Assembly (NCBI GenBank): GCA_049852185.1 | Contig: CP187540.1 | Origin: Methanocaldococcus sp. 28A | GTDB lineage: Archaea > AGJL01 > Methanococci > Methanococcales > Methanocaldococcaceae | Direction: 5' to 3' (one strand) | DNA: 64,000 nt | Shown: positions 10,553 to 22,127 of the stretch, piece after piece | Numbering within the stretch: position 1 is the stretch's first letter | Layout of the letters: every line of letters begins with the position of its first letter | Translations under genes and position numbers: made by a program | The notes under the pieces: model-generated | What the model saw: the letters and a program-made list of their open reading frames with translations, nothing else | Databases searched by the model: none | Told to the model about the DNA's origin: nothing

Positions 10553-11449
10553 TTATTTCTGCAAAATTCCTATTATAAAACCAACTATTAAAGCAATTAT
10601 AGGAGCTAACATCCACCAAAAAATTATTTTTTTTAAAACATTCAATCTTACAGTTTTTATCCCCTTAGTTAAACCTACCCCTAAAATCCCCCCAACTATT
10701 GCTTGAGTTGTTGAAACTGGCATTCCTAAGGCGGTGAATATTGTAACCGCCAAACCCCCAGAGAGCTGAGCTATAAATGCAGAGGTTACACTTAAATTTG
10801 TTATCATAGATAATGTCTCTGAAACTCTGTTTCCATATAAGTAAGCTCCCAAACATAAAAAAATAGCTCCAATAACATAAATTATTTGAGATGTAGTAAA
10901 TGTCCCTAAAACAGTAGGTAAGTCATTACTTCCTAAATTAAATGCAACTACACCAGCACTTATTAATAAGAGACATTTAATCATAGTTATCTTTTTGAGT
11001 ATTGGAATTTCTATCTTTTCATAAGCTAAATACATCACATATGCAATTATAACTGCTATAATTGGGGATAGTATCCAACTTAGTAATATTTCACCAAATA
11101 CAGTCAAATTTGATGAACTAAAACTTAATCCAATCAGAGAGCAGATAATAACTGTATGTAGTGATATTGGCACTTTTTTGTATGTTGAGAGTGTCATAAC
11201 TAACGCTGAAATTATTAGAGCCATTAAAGCATCAGAAGATATACTATTTACAGTATTTCCAACATTTTTAGCAAATAATGAGCCAATTATAACACAGACA
11301 CTAAATAAAATTAATAAATTCCTATATGTTGTAGCTCTTGAGGCATAAGCAGTGCCAATAGCATTAGCAACATTATTAGCTCCAAGAATAAATAACAAAT
11401 AAAAACTTATAATTAACTCTAAATCTATGGAAATTTCTATGTCAATCAC
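10553..11449 (-). CDS. PiT-family inorganic phosphate transporter
   Basis: GANNVANAIGT, GSND and PVSTTQ signature motifs; many TM helices. Confidence 0.9.
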   Translation of the reverse strand: MIDIEISIDLELIISFYLLFILGANNVANAIGTAYASRATTYRNLLILFSVCVIIGSLFAKNVGNTVNSISSDALMALIISALVMTLSTYKKVPISLHTVIICSLIGLSFSSSNLTVFGEILLSWILSPIIAVIIAYVMYLAYEKIEIPILKKITMIKCLLLISAGVVAFNLGSNDLPTVLGTFTTSQIIYVIGAIFLCLGAYLYGNRVSETLSMITNLSVTSAFIAQLSGGLAVTIFTALGMPVSTTQAIVGGILGVGLTKGIKTVRLNVLKKIIFWWMLAPIIALIVGFIIGILQK

Positions 11450-11464
11450 CTATTATAATAGAAC

Positions 11465-12109
11465 TTATTTTATGTGTAAATAAAGAATATGTAATTCATC
11501 AGCTACATCCTCTATGTAGTCGCTGATATTTACAATGTATTCAATAAAGTCACACAATATTTTTCCTTCCCAAAATGATACGACTTCCAAATTAATTAAA
11601 TACTTATAAATCTTATTTTGGTAGATGTCATCAATAAATTTTTCTTTATCTTTAATCTCTTTAATAAGAGGGTCTAAATCCCCACCTTTTTCAATAACAT
11701 CTAAAACTCTTTCTAAATATTTAAACATATCCACAGTAATCATTAAAACCAAATCAATTTCATCTTTTAAATACTCATCAAGCTCTTCCTTTAATAACTC
11801 ATACAACATAGCAGCATGCTTTAAGCTGTCTAATGTTTCATCTAAAAGTTCTGCAGAACTTGACAACTCTCTTCTCATATTTGGTAAAAAAGCTTTTTCT
11901 AAGTTTATCCTTATATTTTTTGTAGTCTCATCCCCTTCTTCCTCTATTTTTATTATTTCTTTCAATATTTTTTCATCTTTGGAGTTCATATACTCTTTCA
12001 ATAACTCAATACTTTTTAGAGACATGCGAATTAGCAACCTAAGGTTTTCTAAAACTATTTTCTCATTATTTCTTTCAAATAAAAAAATAGACATAGTAAT
12101 CACATCCAT
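11465..12109 (-). CDS. DUF47/PhoU-like phosphate transport regulator
   Basis: EEEGD, ISDYIEDVAD; next to the PiT gene. Confidence 0.85.
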   Translation of the reverse strand: MDVITMSIFLFERNNEKIVLENLRLLIRMSLKSIELLKEYMNSKDEKILKEIIKIEEEGDETTKNIRINLEKAFLPNMRRELSSSAELLDETLDSLKHAAMLYELLKEELDEYLKDEIDLVLMITVDMFKYLERVLDVIEKGGDLDPLIKEIKDKEKFIDDIYQNKIYKYLINLEVVSFWEGKILCDFIEYIVNISDYIEDVADELHILYLHIK

Positions 12110-12135
12110 TTTATAAAAATTTTTAATAAAAACGT

Positions 12136-12747
12136 TTAGGATTTATTTTTAGTAGCTATTTTTATTCCATTTTTATCAATAATAGCAACAGCACATGCAA
12201 CTGGATGTTCAAATTCCTCATAATTTAATATATAATCAGCTATTTCTTCAGCAGTTTCTCCTTCAATATCTAAAATTTGGTTTTCATCTATTTTACAAGC
12301 ATTATAAACTCCTAAATAATAACCTTTCCTTTCTTTTAACTCAACCTTTTTAACTCTAATATCATCATGAGCAACATAACCCATATAACATTCATTTTTA
12401 TCTAAAACAGCTGCAATCCTTGGGGTTTTATAATCATCTTTCTCATAGTCCATAACTGATAGCACATAAATTAACGCATCTCTTTTCCCAAAGTGTAATT
12501 TTTCAGCTATAAAATCAGTATGTGAGCCGTTAGATGCAACAACAACATTATCAACAACTTTTATACAATTATAGGTTATATAAGGATTTTTAAAGATTTC
12601 ATTTAGGTCTTTTGGAATTATAGCTACTGTATTGTTATTTATTTTTCTTGCTTCTCTATTTGGAAAGCTTCTACTTGAAACTCTATATGCAACAAATGAC
12701 TTTCCGTCTTTTGTTTTCCCTGCAACTAAAAATCTTCCAATATACAT
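12136..12747 (-). CDS. purO: Archaeal IMP cyclohydrolase
   Basis: [44 protein letters not shown]; start moved to ATG 12747 after AGGAGG. Confidence 0.93.
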   Translation of the reverse strand: MYIGRFLVAGKTKDGKSFVAYRVSSRSFPNREARKINNNTVAIIPKDLNEIFKNPYITYNCIKVVDNVVVASNGSHTDFIAEKLHFGKRDALIYVLSVMDYEKDDYKTPRIAAVLDKNECYMGYVAHDDIRVKKVELKERKGYYLGVYNACKIDENQILDIEGETAEEIADYILNYEEFEHPVACAVAIIDKNGIKIATKNKS

Positions 12748-12772
12748 TTGAGTCCCTCCTTTCTCTTTAATT

Positions 12773-12934
12773 TTATTCAATTTTAATTGCATTAATCGGG
12801 CAATATCTTGCACAAATTCCACAGTTTGAGCATTTGTTCTTATCAATTATAGCAACTCCATATGTTTTTATTGCCTTTTTTGGGCAGAATACAACACAAT
12901 TTCCACATCCAACACATTTCTCCAAGATTTTCAT
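12773..12934 (-). CDS. 2x[4Fe-4S] ferredoxin, 53 aa (not in ORF track)
   Basis: Manual translation [53 protein letters not shown] with two CxxCxxCxxxCP motifs. Confidence 0.92.
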   Translation of the reverse strand: MKILEKCVGCGNCVVFCPKKAIKTYGVAIIDKNKCSNCGICARYCPINAIKIE

Positions 12935-12967
12935 ATTCTCACTAAAAAACGTATTATAATATATATT

Positions 12968-13444
12968 CTAGTCTATTGGAATTAACTTAGCCTCTAACTT
13001 GTCTTCAATATTTAGCTTCATAATTGATTTTAGAGGACATCTTGGGACTGTTGGCGAACCTGGATTTAATAATATAATATCTCCACAATCATCTATAAAT
13101 GGTGTGTGGGTATGTCCAGATATTAAAACATTAACTCCCATCTCCTTACCTAACAGCTTTAATTTTAATCTATCTCCTCTTGGATAAACTACATCTCCAT
13201 GAATCACTCCTATTTTTATACCATTTATATCTAAAATTTCTCTTTTTGGTAAATCAAGATAATCCATATTTCCCTTAACAGCTACAACCCTTGCTAAATC
13301 TTTTAATATATTTAAAATCTCTTCATCAGTCACATCTCCACAGTGAATAATTAAATCCACATTAGAAAATTCATCAAAAACAGTTTTTGGCAACTCAAAA
13401 GCTCTATCATAGAGATGAGTATCAGAAATAACACCAATAAGCAT
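12968..13444 (-). CDS. Calcineurin-like metallophosphoesterase (YfcE/MJ0936 family)
   Basis: SDTH, HCGD, GNMD, HG, GHTH, NPGS. Confidence 0.92.
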   Translation of the reverse strand: MLIGVISDTHLYDRAFELPKTVFDEFSNVDLIIHCGDVTDEEILNILKDLARVVAVKGNMDYLDLPKREILDINGIKIGVIHGDVVYPRGDRLKLKLLGKEMGVNVLISGHTHTPFIDDCGDIILLNPGSPTVPRCPLKSIMKLNIEDKLEAKLIPID

Positions 13445-13496
13445 AATCTCCCCTTATAAAATTAAGGATAAAAAATAAAAAAAGAACTCAAAAAAT

Positions 13497-13823
13497 GGTG
13501 GTGTGCATGGCTTCCTTGGGGTGGGCATGTCCTCCAACCCTCTCTCGCCCCCAGACTCCTTCTCAGCCCCGCTTACCCGTGAGCGCCGACGTCCTGCCTA
13601 CCGTTGCTCCCTTCCGGGCCTGGCGGGGTTCGGCAGACAAAGGGGGTTACATCTCCCTTACAGGAGATGCTCCCCCACCGCCGAGCCCCACGGGACGAGG
13701 CATCATCGAGGAGTCTGGGAAGAGAGGGTTAGAGAACATGCCGCCCCCAAGTTTTCGGCCCCCGCATAAGGGCGATTTCGGGTTACAGGGGACGCCCAAC
13801 CCCCCGGCCTAGCCATGCACACC
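13497..13823 (-). ncRNA. ffs: Archaeal signal recognition particle (7S) RNA
   Basis: GC-rich island; minus strand GGCUAGGCCGGGGGGUUGGGCGUCCCCUGUAACCCGAAA (Alu domain) and helix 8 CCAGGCCCGGAAGGGAGCAACGG; complementary termini GGTGTGCATGGC/GCCATGCACACC. Confidence 0.95.
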
Positions 13824-14065
13824 AATAAATAATATATTACAACTCTTTATATATAGTTTGTGGTAGTGCGTTAGAAGCACATTACCATAATTTTTAAGGT
13901 TAAATATATATAATTGGAAAAAATATAGTGTAAATTTGTTATGGTTATTTCAACTACCATCTAATAGTTATTGGCTTATTCTTAATTTTTAGATTGTAAG
14001 GTTATTGTGTGTAATTTAAATGTAAAATAGAAAAATCTTAATAAATCAATATAAGGATGATAATT

Positions 14066-15166
14066 ATGAAACTCGTAAAAGATGCCTTATCAAGAAGTGA
14101 CACAACTAAATACTTAAAAGATGAATTTGGTGAAGCAAGAATAGTAGTAGTTGGATGTGGTGGAGCAGGTAATAACACAATTAACAGACTAATGGAAATT
14201 GGTATTCAAGGAGCAGAAACAATAGCTATAAACACAGATAAACAACATTTAGAAATAATACAAGCTGATAAGAAAATTTTAATTGGGGCTACGTTAACAA
14301 GAGGTTTAGGTGCTGGAGGGTATCCAGAGATTGGGAGAAAGGCAGCAGAAATGGCTAAAAATATATTGGAGGAGCAGTTAAAAGGAGCTGATTTAGTTTT
14401 TGTCACTGCAGGAATGGGTGGAGGAACTGGAACAGGTTCAGCTCCAGTTGTGGCTGAAGTAGCTAAAGAAAACGGAGCTATAGTTGTTGGAGTTGTAACA
14501 TACCCATTTAAAATTGAGAGAGCAAGAATGAAAAAGGCAGATGAAGGAATTGCAAGAATGTCTGAGGTTTGTGATACTGTAATTATTATAGATAATAATA
14601 AGCTTTTGGATTTAGTTCCAAACTTGCCTATAAATGATGCATTTAAAGTGGCTGATGAAATTATAGCTCAAGCTGTTAAGGGGATAACTGAAACTATAGC
14701 TGTTCCAAGCTTAATAAATATTGACTTTGCAGATGTTAAGGCAATTATGGGCGGTGGAGGAGTGGCAATGATTGGAGTTGGTGAAGTAGATAGTAGTGAT
14801 AGAGGAGATAGAGTTCAAAATATAGTGAGAGAAACTTTAAGCTGCCCATTATTGGATGTTGATTATAAAGGAGCTAAAGGAGCATTAATTCATATAACTG
14901 GAGGTCCTGATTTGACATTAAAAGAAGCTAATGATATTGGAGAAGGGATTACAAGCCAACTTGACCCTGATGCAAATGTTATATGGGGAGCAAGAATAGA
15001 CCCAGAGATGGAAGGATGTATTAGAGTTATGGCAATAATTACTGGAGTTAAGTCACCAAATATTGTAGGAAAAGATTCAAAACCAATAAGATTAATACCA
15101 AAAGTTTCAAAAGAGCAAAATCAGAGAAGAGAACGAAGAAAATGTAACATTGACTTTATAGTATAA
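14066..15166 (+). CDS. ftsZ: Cell division protein FtsZ (FtsZ2 type)
   Basis: GCGGAGNN, GGGTGTG tubulin signature, INIDFADV. Confidence 0.97.
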   Translation: MKLVKDALSRSDTTKYLKDEFGEARIVVVGCGGAGNNTINRLMEIGIQGAETIAINTDKQHLEIIQADKKILIGATLTRGLGAGGYPEIGRKAAEMAKNILEEQLKGADLVFVTAGMGGGTGTGSAPVVAEVAKENGAIVVGVVTYPFKIERARMKKADEGIARMSEVCDTVIIIDNNKLLDLVPNLPINDAFKVADEIIAQAVKGITETIAVPSLINIDFADVKAIMGGGGVAMIGVGEVDSSDRGDRVQNIVRETLSCPLLDVDYKGAKGALIHITGGPDLTLKEANDIGEGITSQLDPDANVIWGARIDPEMEGCIRVMAIITGVKSPNIVGKDSKPIRLIPKVSKEQNQRRERRKCNIDFIV

Positions 15167-15215
15167 ATTTTTAAAAATTTCTAATTTTAATTTTTTAATT
15201 TTAATTATTTAGGGG

Positions 15216-15740
15216 TTGTTTATGAAAGCCTGCGAAAGATTGTTATTAAAAATTGAATCACCAGAAAAATTTATTGAAGAATTTAAAAGAATTTTACTTG
15301 AGTTGGGATTAACTTTAAAAGAATTTTCTGAAATTTCCGGAATTCCATATAGCACACTATATAAAGTTGTTCAAGGGAAAGATTTTAGGGTTTCAACACT
15401 TATAAAAATTTTAAAGACAATAAGGTCTTTTGAAAAAGATGAGGATATTGAGACTATAGCAATTATAGCTGCAAGACCTGCTTTAAATAAAATTACAAGA
15501 AGAAAAATAGAAATTAATGGAAAAAGTTATTTAATAAAGGAGTATCCTGCGGGTTCTTTAGAAGAGTGTATTGTTGCCGCGGTTAGAGCTGAAAGAGAAG
15601 GAGTTAAGGGCATTGTTTGCGCTCCTATTGTTAGTGCAACTATTGAAAAAATTGTTAATGTTCCTGTAGCTGTTATTATTCCAGAGAAAGATGCGTTTAT
15701 GAAAGCATTAGAGATAATTGCAAAGAAAATAAATGGATAA
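15216..15740 (+). CDS. Cro/C1-type HTH transcriptional regulator (methanogen family)
   Basis: LTLKEFSEISGIPYSTLYKV HTH; C-terminal GIVCAPIVS domain. Confidence 0.8.
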   Translation: MFMKACERLLLKIESPEKFIEEFKRILLELGLTLKEFSEISGIPYSTLYKVVQGKDFRVSTLIKILKTIRSFEKDEDIETIAIIAARPALNKITRRKIEINGKSYLIKEYPAGSLEECIVAAVRAEREGVKGIVCAPIVSATIEKIVNVPVAVIIPEKDAFMKALEIIAKKING

Positions 15741-15749
15741 AGTTAGTTT

Positions 15750-16625
15750 TTATTTTTTAACATGCTGAATTATTTTCTCTAAAAGCTTATCAGCAATATT
15801 AACTTTAGATACTTTAGATAGTCCAATCCAAGAGGGTGTTGAATTAACCTCCAAAATTTTTAAACCATCTTCTGACTCAATTAAATCAACCCCTGCATAA
15901 AATAAACCAATAGCATTTTTTGCTTTTAGAGCCAATTTTTCAATTTCATCAGTTATTTCACATTCTTCTATTTTAGCTCCCTGAGAAACATTGTTTTTCC
16001 AATTTTCGCCTCCAATTCTATACATTGCTGCAACAACTTCATCATCAACTACAAAAGCTCTAATATCTCTATGTTCATTATCTAATGGTTTTATAAATTC
16101 TTGAATGTAGAATGTTTTATATTTCTCTTTAAATTCATCTAAAGTATTTAATTTAGTAGAAATTGGAGACTCTCTTGTAATTTTAATAATTCCCTCCCCT
16201 CCACATCCAAATATTGGTTTTAAAACAGCTTCACCAAATGAATCTATCCAAACTATGGCTTCATTTATACTCTCTGTAACAACAGTTTTTGGCTGTGGGA
16301 GGTTGTTTAATTCAAGAAATATTGAAGTTAAAAACTTATTTGAAGCTATATCTATAGCCTCTGGAGGATTTATAACAATAACATATTGATTTAAATATTT
16401 TAACACATCAAATCTAAAAAAACTATCCCAACCAAGATTTCTAACAAAACAGCAATCTAATTCATTTAAGAATGATTTATAATATTTCAATTTAAAATCT
16501 AAATTAAACCCTGCTACAATTTTTGTAGGGTTGATAATTTTGTAATCAACTTCAAACTTTTTGCAAGATTTTATTAAATCATTAATAACCTCATCTCTAT
16601 CTATGGTAATTATACCAAGCTTCAT
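15750..16625 (-). CDS. mptN: RimK-family ATP-grasp ligase, tetrahydromethanopterin:alpha-L-glutamate ligase
   Basis: KPIFGCGGEG, QEFI, DIRAFVV, AGVDLI, EVNSTP; MJ0620-like context. Confidence 0.8.
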   Translation of the reverse strand: MKLGIITIDRDEVINDLIKSCKKFEVDYKIINPTKIVAGFNLDFKLKYYKSFLNELDCCFVRNLGWDSFFRFDVLKYLNQYVIVINPPEAIDIASNKFLTSIFLELNNLPQPKTVVTESINEAIVWIDSFGEAVLKPIFGCGGEGIIKITRESPISTKLNTLDEFKEKYKTFYIQEFIKPLDNEHRDIRAFVVDDEVVAAMYRIGGENWKNNVSQGAKIEECEITDEIEKLALKAKNAIGLFYAGVDLIESEDGLKILEVNSTPSWIGLSKVSKVNIADKLLEKIIQHVKK

Positions 16626-16750
16626 AATATCACAATTTTAAATTTTTATAAATATTAGCAATTATTAAGTATTAGTTATTAGAACCTTTCTATTAAACAA
16701 ACTATAATTATGGTTATGAAAGAATAATATTAAATTATTATGGTGATGAT

Positions 16751-18256
16751 ATGGAGAAAAAAACATTATCACTTTGCCCCATATGTTTAAAAAGAATTCC
16801 TGCAACAATTTTAGAGGAAGATGGAAAAATTGTTATCAAAAAAACTTGTCCAGAGCATGGGGAGTTTAAAGATATATATTGGGGAGATTCAAAATTATAT
16901 AAAAAATTTGATGACTATGGATTTATTGGAAAAGTTGAAATAACAAATACAAATGTAAAAAATGGCTGTCCATTTGATTGTGGTCTTTGCCCAAATCATA
17001 AATCTACAACTATACTGGCTAATATAGATGTGACAAATAGATGTAATTTAAACTGCCCTATATGTTTTGCCAATGCTAATAAATCAGGAAAGGTTTATGA
17101 GCCATCTTTTGAAGATATAAAGAGGATGATGGAAAATTTAAGAAGAGAAGTTCCACCAACGCCTGCTATTCAGTTCGCAGGAGGAGAACCAACTGTAAGA
17201 CCTGATTTACCTGAATTAATAAGACTGGCAAAAGATATGGGATTCTTGCACGTGCAGTTAGCAACAAATGGTATAAAATTAAAGAACATAAATTATCTTA
17301 AAAAGTTAAAAGAGGCTGGATTATCAACAATCTATTTACAGTTTGATGGAATCTCTGAAAAACCCTATATAATTGCAAGAGGAAAAAATCTCCTTCCTAT
17401 AAAACAGAAAGTTATTGAAAATTGTAGAGAGGTTAATTTTGATAGTGTTGTTTTGGTTCCTACATTAGTTAGAGGAGTTAATGATAACGAAATAGGAGGA
17501 ATTATAAGATATGCTGCTGAGAATATAGATGTTGTTAGAGGAATTAATTTCCAACCAGTTTCATTTGCTGGAAGAGTTGATGAAAGAACAAGATTAGAAG
17601 GAAGAATAACAATCCCTGACTTTATAAAATTAGTGGAAGAGCAAACAGATGGGGAGATTTGTGAAGATGACTTTTACCCTGTTCCATCAGTAGCTCCAAT
17701 CTCTGTGTTGGTTGAAAAATTAACCAATGATAGAAAGCCAATATTAAGTTCTCATCAGCATTGTGGAGCATCAACTTATGTTTTTGTTGATGAAGATGGA
17801 AAATTAATCCCATTACCAAGATTTATAGACATTGAAGGGTTCTTTGAAATGGTTAAAGAAAAGATAGATGAAATTGGAAAATCAAAAATAAAGGATGTTA
17901 AAGTTTTAGGAGAAATTGCTCTAAAATTACCATCTCTAATTGATTTAGATAAAGCTCCAAAATCAGTAAATATAAAAACAATAATTGATTTAATTATTGG
18001 AGTTTTAAAGAGCGACTATAAAGCTTTAGCTGAACTACACTACCACATGTTGATGATTAGCTGTATGCACTTTATGGATGCATACAACTTTGATGTTAGG
18101 AGAGTAGAGAGATGTTGCATCCATTACGCAACCCCTGATAACAGAATAATTCCATTTTGTACATATAACACAATATATAGACCGGAAGTTGAAAAAAAAT
18201 TTTCAATACCGTTAGAAGAATGGAGAAAACTGCATAAAATGGGAGAAAATGATTGA
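16751..18256 (+). CDS. tes: Tetraether lipid synthase / GDGT-macrocyclic archaeol synthase (radical SAM)
   Basis: N-terminal CPIC...CPEHG, CPFDCGLC, CNLNCPIC radical SAM motif, C-terminal RCCIHYATPD..IPFC; MJ0619-like. Confidence 0.88.
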   Translation: MEKKTLSLCPICLKRIPATILEEDGKIVIKKTCPEHGEFKDIYWGDSKLYKKFDDYGFIGKVEITNTNVKNGCPFDCGLCPNHKSTTILANIDVTNRCNLNCPICFANANKSGKVYEPSFEDIKRMMENLRREVPPTPAIQFAGGEPTVRPDLPELIRLAKDMGFLHVQLATNGIKLKNINYLKKLKEAGLSTIYLQFDGISEKPYIIARGKNLLPIKQKVIENCREVNFDSVVLVPTLVRGVNDNEIGGIIRYAAENIDVVRGINFQPVSFAGRVDERTRLEGRITIPDFIKLVEEQTDGEICEDDFYPVPSVAPISVLVEKLTNDRKPILSSHQHCGASTYVFVDEDGKLIPLPRFIDIEGFFEMVKEKIDEIGKSKIKDVKVLGEIALKLPSLIDLDKAPKSVNIKTIIDLIIGVLKSDYKALAELHYHMLMISCMHFMDAYNFDVRRVERCCIHYATPDNRIIPFCTYNTIYRPEVEKKFSIPLEEWRKLHKMGEND

Positions 18257-18545
18257 AAAAATAGTTAAAGAAAGTAAAGATGGAGTTTTAATTGATATCG
18301 ATGTCCAAGCTGGAGCTAAAAAGAATGAGATTACAGGAATAAATGAGTGGAGAAAGAGATTAGCTATAAAAATAAAAGCTCCTGCAACAGAAGGAAAGGC
18401 TAACAAGGAGATAATTAAATTTTTTAAGGATATTTTCAAAAAAGATGTTGAAATAGTTACTGGGAAGTTAAATCCACAAAAAACTATATTAATAAAAGGT
18501 ATAAAAAAAGATGACGTTGTTGAAATATTAAAAAAATTATTTTAA
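18249..18545 (+). CDS. DUF167/YggU family protein
   Basis: KAPATEGKANKEII motif. Confidence 0.88.
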   Translation: MIEKIVKESKDGVLIDIDVQAGAKKNEITGINEWRKRLAIKIKAPATEGKANKEIIKFFKDIFKKDVEIVTGKLNPQKTILIKGIKKDDVVEILKKLF

Positions 18546-19130
18546 CAGCTCTTTTAGTTTTTCATAAACTCTCTTTTCAACATTCTCATATATACTATTT
18601 CCATGGCTGTCCATTGCTACAATTAATGGACCAAAATTATTAACTTCCAATTCCCAAACAGCTTCTGGCATTCCTAACTCTTCTAAGAAATATACATTAT
18701 TAACTTTTTTTACTGAATTAGCTAATAAAGCAGCACAACCTCCGGGAGCTGCTAAATATACTGTTCCAAAATCTTCAAAAGTTTTTAATAACTCTTTTTT
18801 CATCCCTCCCTTTCCAACAATTGCAGAGATATTTGTCAATTTTATAAATTCACCTTCTAAATCATTCATTCTTGCAGATGTCGTTGGACCTATAGAAACA
18901 CAAACCCACTCTTCATTTACTTTTTTCATTATAGGGCCGGCATGGTAAATGATAGCTTCATTTAAATTAAAAGGTAGTTTTTCATTGTTTTTTATCATCT
19001 CTATGATTTTTAGATGAGCTTCATCTCTTGCCGTGTATATCTTACCGTTTAAATAAACTATATCTCCAACTTTTAACTTTCTGACATCCTTTTTTGTTAG
19101 TCCATTAAACACATACTCCAAAATTTCCAC
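18537..19130 (-). CDS. Fumarate hydratase class I, beta subunit
   Basis: TARDEAH, YHAGP, GPTTSARM, GKGG, LGMPEA, DSHGN. Confidence 0.92.
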   Translation of the reverse strand: MEILEYVFNGLTKKDVRKLKVGDIVYLNGKIYTARDEAHLKIIEMIKNNEKLPFNLNEAIIYHAGPIMKKVNEEWVCVSIGPTTSARMNDLEGEFIKLTNISAIVGKGGMKKELLKTFEDFGTVYLAAPGGCAALLANSVKKVNNVYFLEELGMPEAVWELEVNNFGPLIVAMDSHGNSIYENVEKRVYEKLKELLK

Positions 19131-19224
19131 CTCTCTACATGACTTATTTTTATAATTTTGACCATAATTTATTTATAATTAATATTATTGAAAAACTAAA
19201 TTAAACATTTAGACAAACTCTTTT

Positions 19225-19710
19225 TTGGTGGTAGCAATGATATGTATAATAATGGGTAGTGAGAGTGATTTAAAAATAGCTGAAAAGGCTGTTAATGTTT
19301 TAAAAGAGTTTGGTGTAGAGTTTGAGGTTAGAGTAGCCTCTGCTCATAGAACTCCAGAGTTGGTTGAAGAGATTGTTAAAAATTCAAAAGCAGATGTTTT
19401 CATAGCAATAGCTGGATTAGCCGCTCATTTACCAGGAGTTATAGCAAGTTTAACAACAAAGCCAGTTATTGCTGTCCCAGTTGATGCAAAGTTAGATGGT
19501 TTAGATGCTTTATTAAGTATAGTTCAAATGCCTCCTGGAATTCCTGTTGCAGGTGTAGGAATTGATAGAGGAGAAAACGCTGCTATATTAGCTTTAGAGA
19601 TTTTAGCTCTAAAAGATGAAAATATTTCAAAAAAATTAGCTGAATATAGAGAAAAGATGAAGAAAAAAGTTTATGAATCAGATGAAAAGGTTAGAGAAAT
19701 GTTTAAATAA
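19225..19710 (+). CDS. purE: N5-carboxyaminoimidazole ribonucleotide mutase
   Basis: [30 protein letters not shown]. Confidence 0.96.
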   Translation: MVVAMICIIMGSESDLKIAEKAVNVLKEFGVEFEVRVASAHRTPELVEEIVKNSKADVFIAIAGLAAHLPGVIASLTTKPVIAVPVDAKLDGLDALLSIVQMPPGIPVAGVGIDRGENAAILALEILALKDENISKKLAEYREKMKKKVYESDEKVREMFK

Positions 19711-19779
19711 CTATAACCATTAAATTTTTATGTTATAATGTTGCTAATAATCAATTGACAGAGATAGAGAGGGATTTAC

Positions 19780-20430
19780 ATGCAGAGAGTGAATCCAACA
19801 AGAATGGAATTATTAAAATTAAAAAATAAAATTAAATTGGCTGAAAAAGGTCATAAACTGCTTAAGCAGAAAAGAGATGCTTTAATTATGGAATTCTTCC
19901 AAATCATAGAGCAAGCTTCAGATTTGAGAGAAAAAGTTGAGACAAAGTTAGCTGAAGCTTACAAAGATTTAATAATGGCTCAAACAGTTATGGGAACTTT
20001 GGCAGTTAAAGAAGCTTCCTTAGCTGCAAAGAATGATAAGTTAGAGGTTGATATGGATACAAAGAATATTATGGGTGTCACTGTTCCTACTTTTGAGATA
20101 TACAACGTTAGAAGAAAAGTTGGGGAGAGAGGTTATTCTCCTTACGGTGTTAGCTCAAAATTAGATGAGGCTGCTAAGAAATTTGAAGAAGCTTTAGAAT
20201 TAATAACAGAATTAGCCGAAATAGAGACATCAATTAAACTCTTAGCTGAAGAGATTATTACAACAAAGAGAAGAGTTAATGCCTTAGAGTATGTTATAAT
20301 TCCAAGATTAAAAGCTCTCAAGAAATACATTTCTATGAGATTGGATGAAATGGAAAGAGAGAACTTCTTCAGATTGAAGTTGATTAAATCAAGAATTGAA
20401 AAAAGAGAATCTGAAGGTGAGACTGTATAA
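19780..20430 (+). CDS. atpD: A1Ao ATP synthase subunit D
   Basis: [36 protein letters not shown]. Confidence 0.96.
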   Translation: MQRVNPTRMELLKLKNKIKLAEKGHKLLKQKRDALIMEFFQIIEQASDLREKVETKLAEAYKDLIMAQTVMGTLAVKEASLAAKNDKLEVDMDTKNIMGVTVPTFEIYNVRRKVGERGYSPYGVSSKLDEAAKKFEEALELITELAEIETSIKLLAEEIITTKRRVNALEYVIIPRLKALKKYISMRLDEMERENFFRLKLIKSRIEKRESEGETV

Positions 20431-20468
20431 ATGAATTAAAATAAAAGCCAATAATAATTTTCTTATTT

Positions 20469-20867
20469 TTGGTGATGTTTATGGTATTTAGAATACTTGG
20501 AAGGATGAGCGAAATAGAGAAGGAAATTAGAGAGGAAGAATTAAAATATGATTTAAAAATTAAAAATGAAGCAAAAATTAAACCAATAGTTGCAGATGAA
20601 GACAAAGAATTTAAGCAAGGAGACATAAAACCAATAAGAGTTAAAAAGATTAAAATACCACCAATGTCAGTTCTTTTAATCTGTCCTTATGGAAGGCATA
20701 GAGTAGGGCATGTTATAGCTGTTGGGGAAGAAGTTCCAATGCCTATAGAAGCTGAAAGAGAGGTAGATATGGCTACTTTTGCTTGTGGATTTGATGGTGA
20801 GGTAAAGAAAGGAGATTTAATTGGAATGTTACTTATAGTTGCAGCTGAAAAGAGAGAATGTAAATAA
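20469..20867 (+). CDS. DUF22 family protein
   Basis: YGRHRVGHVIAVGEE...DGEVKKGDLIG; Methanococcales family. Confidence 0.7.
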   Translation: MVMFMVFRILGRMSEIEKEIREEELKYDLKIKNEAKIKPIVADEDKEFKQGDIKPIRVKKIKIPPMSVLLICPYGRHRVGHVIAVGEEVPMPIEAEREVDMATFACGFDGEVKKGDLIGMLLIVAAEKRECK

Positions 20868-20976
20868 TTCTTAAAACAAATCTTTTTTAATGTAGGGATT
20901 TTTGATTGAATAAATTTTTAAATGTCTTAATTTATTTTTACTTTTTAATAATTAATTTTATAATGTTTATTTTGGG

Positions 20977-22017
20977 ATGCGTATGGAAATGATTGACATA
21001 CTGTTAAAAAAGCTCAATAAAAATGCCGTTGTTACAGAGATTGCCAAAGACAGAGACCCTTTTAAAGTTTTAATTTCAACAATAATAAGCGCAAGAACAA
21101 AGGATGAAATTACTGAAGAGGTTTCTAAGAAATTGTTTAAAGAAGTTAGGGATGTTGAGGATTTGCTAAATATTGATGAAGAAAAATTAGCTAATTTAAT
21201 ATATCCTGCTGGATTTTATAAAACCAAAGCAAAAAATTTAAAGAAATTGGCTAAGATTTTAAAAGAAAATTATAATGGTAGAGTTCCAGATTCTTTGGAA
21301 GAGTTATTAAAGCTTCCAGGTGTTGGAAGGAAAACTGCTAATTTGGTTATAACCTTAGCTTTCAACAAAGATGGAATTTGCGTAGATACTCATGTCCATA
21401 GAATATGTAATAGATGGGAAATAGTTGATACTGAAACTCCTGAAGAGACAGAATTTGAATTAAGAAAGAATCTTCCTAAAAAATATTGGAAGGTAATAAA
21501 TAACTTATTAGTGGTTTTTGGAAGAGAGATTTGTTCTCCAAAACCAAAATGTAACAAATGCTTTGAAGAAATAAAAGATAAATGCCCTTACTATGAAAAA
21601 ATTAAACATTTTGAAAGTATTATAAAAAAATTCAATTTTAGAAAGGTATCAAAAAATAATATTCCTAATGAAAAGGGAACTTATATCCTAAAAATTAGAT
21701 TGAAAGATGGTAAAAAAATAAAATTTGGAAATAAAGAAAAATTTTTTAAGAAAGGATATTATTTCTATGTAGGCTCTGCCTTTGGAAATTCAATAAATTT
21801 AAAAAATAGGATAGAGAGGCATTTAAAAGAGTATAAAAAGATGCACTGGCATATAGATTATTTATTAAAATTTAGTAAAATTGATGATATTTTTGTTACT
21901 AATGAAAGAGTTGAATGTGAAGTTGCTAATGAATTTATAAAAAAATTTAATTTTATTGAGGGATTTGGATGCACTGACTGTAAATGTAAAAGCCATTTAT
22001 TCTATTTAAAACCATAG
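20977..22017 (+). CDS. nth: Endonuclease III fused to a C-terminal GIY-YIG (DUF123) domain
   Basis: Hh[18 protein letters not shown], 4Fe-4S cysteines; then [39 protein letters not shown]. Confidence 0.9.
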   Translation: MRMEMIDILLKKLNKNAVVTEIAKDRDPFKVLISTIISARTKDEITEEVSKKLFKEVRDVEDLLNIDEEKLANLIYPAGFYKTKAKNLKKLAKILKENYNGRVPDSLEELLKLPGVGRKTANLVITLAFNKDGICVDTHVHRICNRWEIVDTETPEETEFELRKNLPKKYWKVINNLLVVFGREICSPKPKCNKCFEEIKDKCPYYEKIKHFESIIKKFNFRKVSKNNIPNEKGTYILKIRLKDGKKIKFGNKEKFFKKGYYFYVGSAFGNSINLKNRIERHLKEYKKMHWHIDYLLKFSKIDDIFVTNERVECEVANEFIKKFNFIEGFGCTDCKCKSHLFYLKP

Positions 22018-22029
22018 AAATTTAACAAA

Positions 22030-22120
22030 TAGTTTTTTGCAAAAGTAGTTAAATAAGGAAAGGTTGAACGTCTTCTTTTAAGTAAGGGCTTATATTATTC
22101 CAAAATGTTTTGAAAAACCT
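22030..22120. repeat. Short MITE-like intergenic repeat (degenerate)
   Basis: Ends TAGTTTTTTGCAAAA...TTTTGAAAAACCT resemble 29413-29523. Confidence 0.45.
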
Positions 22121-22127
22121 TAATTGT

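Noticed and set aside
12748-12846. N-terminal extension of purO
   Set aside because: Overlaps the ferredoxin in another frame; the conserved start is MYIGRF
13495-13812. GC-rich ORFs of 105 and 88 aa
   Set aside because: Antisense to the SRP RNA; amino acid composition is atypical
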